Translations under genes and position numbers: made by a program
From: Promethearchaeota archaeon
GTDB lineage: Archaea > Asgardarchaeota > Lokiarchaeia > Sigyniarchaeales > SOKP01
Assembly (NCBI GenBank): GCA_048939995.1
Contig: JBHLOY010000008.1
Span: forward strand, 106,835 to 170,834
DNA length: 64,000 nucleotides
Reading direction: 5' to 3'
Shown: positions 56,359-64,000 of the stretch, one piece after another
How the letters are laid out: every line of letters begins with the position of its first letter
How positions within the stretch are numbered: position 1 is the first letter of the stretch
Notes under the pieces: generated by a model
Databases searched by the model: none
Told to the model about the DNA's origin: nothing
What the model saw: the letters and a program-made list of their open reading frames with translations, nothing else

Positions 56359-57291
56359 ATGTCTTTTGAGGAGCGCAGAAAACAGGACATATCCATACTA
56401 GAAGTAATTGATGCACTATATGTTTTCTTTCATGATATTAAGAGACAAGACATTAAGTTTCTTTACCATGGGACATACAATGTCTTTGAAATAAAAAAGA
56501 AATATATTTTTCGTATTCCTGATATTCATTTTAGAAACATTAATGGTGTAAATTTAATTAAGAGAGAACTTAAAATATTAAATATAATTGAAGATTTTAT
56601 CCCATTTTCTATTCCCGAACCCACTTACATCTCAATTGAACCAAATTACCCCCTGATTGGTTATGAAAAAATAGAAGGGATAAGATTATCTCAATGCTTC
56701 AAAAAGGCTTCAAAAAACCAAAAATTTAAAGTTGCTGAGCAAATTGGACTATTTTTATCCTATTTACATTCAGATATGCTTCGAGATGTTATCTCAAATG
56801 AGATGGGAGAACATTATTCAGCAAAACAATACGAAGCGGAATGGCATGAATACTACAACTTTATCCAAAAGAAAATATTTACACTGATGAATTCGACACA
56901 GAGGGAATGGGTGAATAAACTTTTCAAAAAATTCCTAGGTGACAAAGAAAATTTCCTCTTTAAACCAACTCTAGTACATGGAGATTTCGATACTTCCAAT
57001 ATTCTCGTAAATCCTAAAACTTTTGAACTTTCTGGAATAATTGATTTTGAAGATTCAAGAATTTATGACCCTGCTGCAGATTTCTTATTCTTCAAAGAAG
57101 GAAGACCCTTTTTAGACAACATTCTTTCATCTTATCAGAGAGAAACTGAACTTAACTTTATTAACCGAGCTGCATTTTTATATGGTCGTAATTTTTTGCC
57201 ATATATCACATTTGGAATAGATAACAATATTCCGGAAATGATTAGAGCGGGATTTGAATTACTTGATTATAAAATGAATACAATCTGGTAA
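56359..57291 (+). CDS. Aminoglycoside phosphotransferase/choline kinase-like kinase
   Basis: YIFRIP, HGDF...NIL, IIDFE, DPAAD. Confidence 0.88.
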   Translation: MSFEERRKQDISILEVIDALYVFFHDIKRQDIKFLYHGTYNVFEIKKKYIFRIPDIHFRNINGVNLIKRELKILNIIEDFIPFSIPEPTYISIEPNYPLIGYEKIEGIRLSQCFKKASKNQKFKVAEQIGLFLSYLHSDMLRDVISNEMGEHYSAKQYEAEWHEYYNFIQKKIFTLMNSTQREWVNKLFKKFLGDKENFLFKPTLVHGDFDTSNILVNPKTFELSGIIDFEDSRIYDPAADFLFFKEGRPFLDNILSSYQRETELNFINRAAFLYGRNFLPYITFGIDNNIPEMIRAGFELLDYKMNTIW

Positions 57292-57300
57292 TGAATTAAT

Positions 57301-58017
57301 TTAATCTAGATTTTTCCACCAATAAGGTATCTCAAATGAATTCAATCCATTATTGTCGTATAATAAAATGTTATCTTCAATTATGCTAAAGGCAAAACCT
57401 CCTAAAAATGAGGGCCAGTAATCATTTGGTGGTAATCCAAACCAACCAAATTTATAACATAGAATAATTAGATCATGAGAAACATGAATATCTATTCCTT
57501 TATCAGGGGCTTGTTCAATTTCTTTCCAAATAGTATAAGCAGCTTGTTGACAGAATTTATTAAATGACATAATGATATCAGAAGAATATAATCCCGCAAT
57601 CCAACGATAGAAAAATTTTGTTAAAGGATACTTTGTGATTTCATTAAAAAAGAGATCTGGTTCCATCCCAATATCAACTAAAACATCAAGAGTATTCATT
57701 AACATTCCAATCCCTTTTTTGTTTTTAAATCCCTTTAAAATACTTTCAGCAGTTTCCTTACATCGATCCAAAAAACTATAAAATAAACGAATATTTCTTT
57801 CTAAAGGTAAATTCTCTCCGAATTTTTTAGCAATTTCATGACCAAGTGGAGTAAGTTTCAGTTTTGAGACTCTCCATGGATCATCTGAGTGTTCTCTATG
57901 AGAGTGACGAAGAATTAAGATTACTTTTGAATCACTTGGAAATTGTTCCAATCCCAAGAGTAATTTTTTTGTTTCTTGAGTCCAATTATCATGATGCCAG
58001 ATTTTTTCAATATCCAT
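57301..58017 (-). CDS. Histidine phosphatase family protein (paralog of 55580-56293)
   Basis: ILRHS, RCKETA, VSHD, shared GWFGLPP..YW..FLGGFAF and PYWWK. Confidence 0.85.
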   Translation of the reverse strand: MDIEKIWHHDNWTQETKKLLLGLEQFPSDSKVILILRHSHREHSDDPWRVSKLKLTPLGHEIAKKFGENLPLERNIRLFYSFLDRCKETAESILKGFKNKKGIGMLMNTLDVLVDIGMEPDLFFNEITKYPLTKFFYRWIAGLYSSDIIMSFNKFCQQAAYTIWKEIEQAPDKGIDIHVSHDLIILCYKFGWFGLPPNDYWPSFLGGFAFSIIEDNILLYDNNGLNSFEIPYWWKNLD

Positions 58018-58077
58018 GTTAGTAACTAAATGTTTCTTGTCCTTTAGATTTTTTTTATAAATCTAAAATAATTATTT

Positions 58078-59595
58078 TTAAAGGGTATAACTTTGGCCAT
58101 CTTGTAAAAGGATTGCATTGTCGTAATTTTGTTCAAACCACTTCGGATTATCTGTATGTACAGGAATGATAATATCGGGGTCAATCCTTTCTATAGCCCA
58201 TCTGATTTCGCTTTGAGACAAATGCCCAGATGCGTGGAAACCTCTCACAAATTCAGGTTTTAATCTCTCGTGTTTTTCTATTATTTCAAAACCATAAATT
58301 TCAAACCCAAAATGCTTCAGCCAATTATTTAACCGTATAAAATCAAATTCAGATTCCTCTTCAAACGCTTCACTCGAGGAATAGATATAAGTACCTTTTG
58401 TTGGTTTAATATCTAATAAATTTTTTACATCAAAAAAGGAAAAACAAAGTAAATATTGTTCAGGGTTTTCAGAGATCTCAATAGGATCGATTAATTGGAT
58501 ACCTGTCTCATTTTTAAGAAGATAATCTTCCCAACTCAATGGTTTTACTTTTAGCATTTTATATATTAACATGTCTTTTGTTCGGTTAATTCCATCAACT
58601 TTTTCAATTGCTTTTAATAAATAAGCATCTTTTGAGGTAATAACTAATCTTCTACCTACCTTTTTAGCAATAGTATGAAAACTCTCTAATCTTTCAAAAT
58701 TTCTTGCTGTGAAGTCAGCGATGACCAAACCCTTTGATATTTCAACCAGTTTAAGGCAATTCTGATAAATAATTTCTTCTGGTTCATTAAAGTCTTTTCT
58801 CTTTGCTCTTGTTCCTTCAATTATTAAAATAGAAGCATCTTTTGAGCTTTTTATAAACTCTTTACTAGAATCTGATTTTCTTCCATGAAGGCGCAAATCC
58901 CCAGTATAGGCAACGGTATTTTCTCCTTTAATGATATAAGCTGTAGCACCATATATTGAATGATCTACCTCAAATGCACTAATTTGAAAAGGTGTGGAAA
59001 AATCATTTAGCACACATAGCTCACCCTTCACAGAATCTTTTTTTCTAAAGCGAATAGATAAGAAATCCTCAAGTGTGTTAGGAAATTTTTCAGTACTCAC
59101 AAATTGTCTACAATAAATAGTTGTTTTATCACTTTTTAGGATTCTTTCATCCTCAGTTAAGACTTTTTTAGTAAAGTATGCAACTTCATTATTTAAACTG
59201 GCAATCGAACTATCGCGAATAGATTTCAATAAAGTGATAGTCATTGGTGATGTTATAACAGGAATTGACTCCTCAAGCAAAGGTATATTTCCAAAATGAT
59301 CCATATGCGCATGACTTAATAATACAGCATCAATTTTCAATGAAGGAAAAGATGACAAGTCTAAATCTGAGGGAATTAAATCTTCCCTATAAATATTTAA
59401 TTTGGGAATTAGATTAAGATGAAGAAGGTCAAAAATACCTCTGGAAGAGCGCTCTTTTAAATATTCTTGAAAATAAGTTTTATATTTTTTAAAATTCATT
59501 CCAAAATCAAGAAATAGTCCACTTTCTCCTTCTTTTAGATATATTTTGTTTCCACCAATGGTTTTCGCGCCATCGAAAATAGTAATTGATGTCAT
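58078..59595 (-). CDS. Beta-CASP metallo-beta-lactamase ribonuclease (RNase J-like)
   Basis: IGGNK, SHAHMDH, VDHS, YTGD, HASGH, PVH. Confidence 0.85.
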   Translation of the reverse strand: MTSITIFDGAKTIGGNKIYLKEGESGLFLDFGMNFKKYKTYFQEYLKERSSRGIFDLLHLNLIPKLNIYREDLIPSDLDLSSFPSLKIDAVLLSHAHMDHFGNIPLLEESIPVITSPMTITLLKSIRDSSIASLNNEVAYFTKKVLTEDERILKSDKTTIYCRQFVSTEKFPNTLEDFLSIRFRKKDSVKGELCVLNDFSTPFQISAFEVDHSIYGATAYIIKGENTVAYTGDLRLHGRKSDSSKEFIKSSKDASILIIEGTRAKRKDFNEPEEIIYQNCLKLVEISKGLVIADFTARNFERLESFHTIAKKVGRRLVITSKDAYLLKAIEKVDGINRTKDMLIYKMLKVKPLSWEDYLLKNETGIQLIDPIEISENPEQYLLCFSFFDVKNLLDIKPTKGTYIYSSSEAFEEESEFDFIRLNNWLKHFGFEIYGFEIIEKHERLKPEFVRGFHASGHLSQSEIRWAIERIDPDIIIPVHTDNPKWFEQNYDNAILLQDGQSYTL

Positions 59596-59747
59596 TCTTA
59601 TTAAATAAAATCTATAGGCTTAATTAATATTCTTCTTAAGAATACAATAAAAAATCCGACATTTAAGAATTTTTAAATAGTAATCAAGGCTAGTAATTAT
59701 TTGTCGATTAATAATTCAAATACAATTTTGTAAGGTATGATCAGGGA

Positions 59748-60269
59748 ATGATGTTTTCAAATATCGAAGATTATGAGAGAAGAATTAATGAACTTAATTA
59801 CCAAATTTCAGAATTGCAAAATCGAGTAAATCAACTTCAACTGCTAATTAAAGAGAAAGATGAACAACTAAATCGACTTTATAATGAAAATTTACAATTA
59901 AAATCTCAAATTGGTAATATCCAGAGGCCTACTCAATCTCCGTATTTTAGTCAACAAAATATTCAATCTTCCTCTTCTCCTCAATATCAAAATTTTGAAG
60001 CCCCTCAAAATCAACAATATGAACAATCACAAACACAATCTCCATATTTTAACCAGCAAGCAACCCAAGAACCCGTAATACGTCAAACAGAAAACCCAAT
60101 TGTTACTACGAGCGCCAATACATCATCACATAAAAGAGAATGTCCAAATTGTGGAGCTTATGGATTTGCAATAAAAGAAGTTGATGATAAATCTAGATTA
60201 CTAAGTTATGTCCCCCGAAGAATTTATGCCAAAAAAAGGGTTTGCACCAAATGCTTCTATGAATTCTAA
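59748..60269 (+). CDS. Coiled coil, Q-rich linker and C-terminal zinc ribbon protein
   Basis: Heptads; two TQSPYF repeats; CPNCG...IKEVDDKSR...IYAKK..CTKC. Confidence 0.7.
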   Translation: MMFSNIEDYERRINELNYQISELQNRVNQLQLLIKEKDEQLNRLYNENLQLKSQIGNIQRPTQSPYFSQQNIQSSSSPQYQNFEAPQNQQYEQSQTQSPYFNQQATQEPVIRQTENPIVTTSANTSSHKRECPNCGAYGFAIKEVDDKSRLLSYVPRRIYAKKRVCTKCFYEF

Positions 60270-60395
60270 ATAATTTTAGAAAAAGGCTTCCTCTCTTAGC
60301 ATTCTTAGTAATAAGTTTATTTGGAATGGTTACTTTTTACTTATTTGTAAGTACATGAATTAGTTTGTACTCAATTTACGCATTGGGTTTTTTCA

Positions 60396-60650
60396 ATGGT
60401 AAAAGGAACAGTAAAGTGGTTTGATCGCCGTAAAGGCTATGGTTTCATCACTCGAGACGATGGAGCTGCAGATGTATTTGTACATTTTTCTGCAATTGAG
60501 GATCAGGAAAATGAATTTAAAGCAATTTATGAGGGCGATAAGGTTGAATTTGATATTATTGATGGATCTAAAGGCCCTCAAGCTAGTAATTTAAAAGTTA
60601 CTGAAAAAGGTAATCGCCCGAGTTTTAAACCAAGAAAAAAGCGTTATTAA
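60396..60650 (+). CDS. cspA: Cold-shock domain protein
   Basis: GTVKWF, KGYGFI (RNP1), DVFVHFSAI (RNP2), KGPQA. Confidence 0.95.
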   Translation: MVKGTVKWFDRRKGYGFITRDDGAADVFVHFSAIEDQENEFKAIYEGDKVEFDIIDGSKGPQASNLKVTEKGNRPSFKPRKKRY

Positions 60651-60793
60651 TTAAATCTAATTAATAAAGTATACTTCGAAAGTAAATTAAAAGGAAATTT
60701 CAGAAAAAGTAATGCGGTTATGCTGAAGGTATTTATCATTTCATGGGATTTCCTAATTTTTTTTTATTTACATTATTGAGGATTTAGAAATCG

Positions 60794-60840
60794 GTTCATG
60801 GTTAGTTTAACTTCAATTTAAAGTTAAATTTAGTATGAAC
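60794..60840. repeat. Hairpin between convergent csp and nitroreductase genes
   Basis: GTTCAT/ATGAAC and TTTAACTT/AAGTTAAA arms. Confidence 0.45.
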
Positions 60841-60867
60841 TTCATTTCATTGAAAATATTGTATTCC

Positions 60868-61674
60868 TTACATGCTAAGACCGGTAACTTGCTTCAATGT
60901 ACGAGGCGCCGAACGATGAAATTTTATTGCAGGATACCCAATAATAAACACACCGATGCTTTCTCCCTCAATATTCGCTAAGTTTTTGATTTCAGGGTTA
61001 ATCCTCATTGCGATTTGGGTCCACCCATTCCAACAAGTCCCCAATCCCAGTGTCTGTGCTGCCAATCTTCCATATGTAATGATTATCCCAATGTTATTTT
61101 TTATAACCTCGCCTCTCTGTGGAGAGGAGACAAATATGATATGAGGAGCATCAAAATAGATCGGACTGTGAAAAGCTCTTCCCAATAGAGTAAATAAGTT
61201 TCCATAACGCTCTTTCATATAAGAATCTTTTAATAATTCTTGAATAACTACGTCATTTAGTTCCTTTATTTGATCTTGTTCTGAAATTATAGAAAAAGCT
61301 TCTGATCTCAAATTATCTCCAGTAGGAGCATAACTCATAGCGTTAAACACTTTTCTTAAGAGCTCATAAGGTACTTTCCTTTTTCGATAACGTCGAACTG
61401 AACGATGGGCTCGTAAAAAGTCATAGAGTTTATCATATGAAATTATTTCTTCTGGTTTGTCAACTCCCTGAAATTCATTAGCAGTTCCTAAATTTTCATG
61501 TAAAATAGCATCCTCTGGGCATCTTGCTATACATTGGCCACATAAATTACAGAAGCTTTTTGAATCTTTATATTCTATTTTTTCTGTTTCTTGGTTAAAT
61601 CTATAAAGGATACATGCACTTAAACAAACTTTGCAGTTACTACATTTATTATAGTCAATTCCAATAATAGACAT
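60868..61674 (-). CDS. Nitroreductase with N-terminal 2x[4Fe-4S] ferredoxin
   Basis: CSNCKVCLSAC, CNLCGQCIARCP, RSVRRY, APTG.N, LGLGTCW; ATG 61674 preferred. Confidence 0.9.
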   Translation of the reverse strand: MSIIGIDYNKCSNCKVCLSACILYRFNQETEKIEYKDSKSFCNLCGQCIARCPEDAILHENLGTANEFQGVDKPEEIISYDKLYDFLRAHRSVRRYRKRKVPYELLRKVFNAMSYAPTGDNLRSEAFSIISEQDQIKELNDVVIQELLKDSYMKERYGNLFTLLGRAFHSPIYFDAPHIIFVSSPQRGEVIKNNIGIIITYGRLAAQTLGLGTCWNGWTQIAMRINPEIKNLANIEGESIGVFIIGYPAIKFHRSAPRTLKQVTGLSM

Positions 61675-61799
61675 ATCTAAACCTTTTTTTTTACGTTGAT
61701 GCAATATATAAGTCTTATTATGTTTTAAACAATGACTTATATGATGACTTTTACATATAAGTAAAGCTTTTTATGGCTACCCTTCTTAATCATATTTAA

Positions 61800-62225
61800 T
61801 TGTTTTTAACCAAAAGGTGCTTAAATATGGCAGAAATGTCTAAAGAATTGAAAATAATACTAATTATTAATATAGTGGTTGCTTTGTTCTATGGTATTTT
61901 ATATCTCTTCCTTCCTGAAATTGTTTATGCTTTAAATGAAGCTCCAAGTTTTGATCCCCACTTTTGGCGTCTTTGGGGGGGTATATGCATAACTCTTGGA
62001 ATAATTGGTATATTCGGGCTATTAAAAGGAGATTGGGACTATTTTAAATTACTATTTCTCTTTGTTATTTGTTTTCTTTTTGTTACTTTCATAATTAATA
62101 TTACAACGGCATTTTATCTATCACGTACACCAATTAACATTATTTATCATTGGATAGATAATATAGTTATAATTCTAATAGCTGTTCTTGATGCCTTTTT
62201 TTATTGGAAAGAAGAAAAGAAATAA
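61800..62225 (+). CDS. Hypothetical four-TM membrane protein
   Basis: Four hydrophobic segments; start may be ATG 61827. Confidence 0.6.
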   Translation: MFLTKRCLNMAEMSKELKIILIINIVVALFYGILYLFLPEIVYALNEAPSFDPHFWRLWGGICITLGIIGIFGLLKGDWDYFKLLFLFVICFLFVTFIINITTAFYLSRTPINIIYHWIDNIVIILIAVLDAFFYWKEEKK

Positions 62226-62280
62226 AAATTATCCCTTTTTTTATTTTGTAAAAATTATTAATCCTTAATTTAGATCTGAA

Positions 62281-63498
62281 TTATTTCCATTCTACTCCAC
62301 ATTGACCACATTTATACTTTTTTGCATAAATTTTTGGATAAGCATAAATTATTCGAGTTTTATCGTCCATTTCCCTTATATATGCCTTATTAGAGTTTCC
62401 ACAATTAGGACATTGCCATTTTCGTGTAAAATCATCCTCCATTGTTTCTAGTTCGGGTTCCTGCAAATTTTCTTCTTTTAATGTTTTTGATTCTATTACC
62501 GTATCAGCACTATAGGGCTTTATTAAGTTATTTGTTATGTTCTTTGATAATTCATTGACTTTACTTATTGCTAATTGTTCCTCCTCAATGCTAGGCTCAG
62601 GAACTTTTAATTTAAAAATATCAGATTCAGGTTTTCCAGCTCCCTTTTTACTCTGGGGTTTTAGAGCTGTTATTGTTTTTGCTAATAAAATTGTATCTTT
62701 CTCGCGGAGTTCTTTGTTTTTTTGCTTCAAACTTTCTATTGTTTCATTTAAATCAGTGATTTGAGATTCTAATTTGAAAATTTTAAGCTTCTCTCTTTTT
62801 AATGCTTCTAACTTCTCATTTAGTGCCTTATTTTCCTCTTCTAATCTATAATTATTCCCTTTTAGCGCCTCAACCATTTTATCTAATTGTTCAGCAGAAA
62901 TTTTTCTGGTTTGATCTAAATTTATTGCTAGGGATGTATTTTCTAACTCTAAGCTAGATATTTTCTGCTTAAGGGTTGCAATTTCACTTTTCAGTTGTTG
63001 ATTCATCGAACTTTCAGATTTGAATGATGATACAACTTTTGTAGTGCTTTCGATTTCATTTGATAGGTCTACTAATTTTTTTTTCAAAGTTTTATTTTCT
63101 TGTTCTAACCTCCCATAATCTTGAATTAAACTAGTTAATGAGTTTTGTGTTCTAGAAAGTACTTCATCTTTTACAGAATCAGATTGTTCTTCTTTTACTA
63201 TGTCCAACTCTAAAGTTAAATCTTTAATTTTATTTTGTAACAGTTCTTTCTCTTCTTCTTTTTTTTCTAATTTTTGATTAAGCGAGTAAACTATATCTTT
63301 TAGTGCCACAATTTCTTGTGATTCACTTTGCTCTGTAATATGTTTAATCGGTGTAGGTTTGAATGTAACTTTGCTATCTAATTTACTTCTTAACCTCTCG
63401 ACTTCAAGTTGCAATTTCTCAATAGTCTTTTCTAAATAGGCTTTAGTTTGTTGCTCTTCTTCTGCCTTATTAATCAAATCTTTTAATTCCTTACTCAT
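62281..63498 (-). CDS. Long coiled-coil protein with C-terminal zinc ribbon
   Basis: About 270 aa of heptads; CPNCG...IREMDDKTR...IYAKKYKCGQCG. Confidence 0.75.
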   Translation of the reverse strand: MSKELKDLINKAEEEQQTKAYLEKTIEKLQLEVERLRSKLDSKVTFKPTPIKHITEQSESQEIVALKDIVYSLNQKLEKKEEEKELLQNKIKDLTLELDIVKEEQSDSVKDEVLSRTQNSLTSLIQDYGRLEQENKTLKKKLVDLSNEIESTTKVVSSFKSESSMNQQLKSEIATLKQKISSLELENTSLAINLDQTRKISAEQLDKMVEALKGNNYRLEEENKALNEKLEALKREKLKIFKLESQITDLNETIESLKQKNKELREKDTILLAKTITALKPQSKKGAGKPESDIFKLKVPEPSIEEEQLAISKVNELSKNITNNLIKPYSADTVIESKTLKEENLQEPELETMEDDFTRKWQCPNCGNSNKAYIREMDDKTRIIYAYPKIYAKKYKCGQCGVEWK

Positions 63499-63640
63499 AA
63501 AAAAATTCTCACTTATAGTGGAAATTATTATATTTTTACAATTAACTTACGTATTCTTTATTAAAAAATTTAAGTGGCTTTTTTATGCATAATGAAAAAT
63601 ATTCAAAATAAAATATAGGAAAAGAAAGGTTAAAAATATT

Positions 63641-64000
63641 TTATTGTTTCGCATACTTTGGTTTTGTTATAAACCCTGTAAAAAGAACTCCAATTATTAT
63701 AGTGTCAATTATTTCTGAAAGGATAATACTCCACGACTCATAGGAGGCTGTAAAAACTGCTCTAACGATATTTGAGAGAATTAAAAGTAAAAAAGCTATT
63801 CCTATTATCAGCGAATTAGCTTGAGATAGTCTCTTATTTCGATACATAAAAAAGAACATTATCATTAGAAGTAAATATATAATAAAAGTTGCTATGGGGA
63901 GTAAGTTAACTAGAAGATTAACACTATTTGCAATCCATATTAATACTAATAAAATGATAACATATCCTCCAATAAAGGAATATCTTATTTTGTTTGCCTC
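63641..64000 (-). CDS. Membrane protein, 5' end outside the window
   Basis: Frame is open and hydrophobic from 64000 down to the stop at 63641. Confidence 0.6.
   Translation of the reverse strand, partial: EANKIRYSFIGGYVIILLVLIWIANSVNLLVNLLPIATFIIYLLLMIMFFFMYRNKRLSQANSLIIGIAFLLLILSNIVRAVFTASYESWSIILSEIIDTIIIGVLFTGFITKPKYAKQ

Noticed and set aside
60692-60754. Minus-strand AUGA...UGA flanked by an AGGAAAT/ATTTCCT stem, superficially like a eukaryote-type SECIS
   Set aside because: The upper helix pairs poorly and the upstream nitroreductase has no in-frame TGA.
2091-62764. Numerous 60-170 aa antisense or alternate-frame ORFs (for example 2091-2321, 9985-10269, 17731-18039, 38241-38762, 46296-46610, 62537-62764)
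   Set aside because: They lie within well-supported genes and show no independent motifs; treated as shadow ORFs.
1-64000. CRISPR arrays, rRNA/tRNA genes, transposases, integrases
   Set aside because: No spaced direct repeats, GC-rich structural RNA segments or recombinase/transposase motifs were seen by eye; tRNAscan-SE or Infernal would be needed to exclude small RNAs.

Overview
AT-rich, gene-dense archaeal DNA, most likely an Asgard archaeon (Lokiarchaeia/Promethearchaeota). This placement rests on several longin-like/roadblock-like proteins, TPR-longin proteins, a membrane-anchored OppA with an Ig-like domain and GGTGA-type RBSs. The centrepiece (16.3-26.2 kb) is an apparent operon, tusA-dsrE-dsrF-dsrH-dsrE2-hdrC-hdrB-hdrA-mvhD-[mvhG fused to a Cys-less vestige of a NiFe large subunit]-[FrhB with a GltD/NfnB-like NAD(P)H module inserted inside it, plus a C-terminal winged helix]-tusA, opposite an Lrp/AsnC regulator. 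It looks like a hydrogenase-free, NAD(P)H-coupled Hdr complex packaged with a persulfide relay. A second sulfur-relay locus (dsrEFH, an SBP-fold protein with no signal peptide, MoaD/SAMP, TusA, ThiF/UbaA E1) lies at 34-37.6 kb. Other notable items: a TPR-longin-TIR protein beside a TIR-less paralog with a duplicated promoter; several genes that seem to start at ATT behind strong RBSs; an OppB-OppC fusion missing both EAA loops; a phosphatase-kinase-phosphatase triad; and candidate DtxR-type and MarR operators. No rRNA, tRNA, CRISPR array or transposase was recognised. All calls come from reading motifs by eye; no searches were run.
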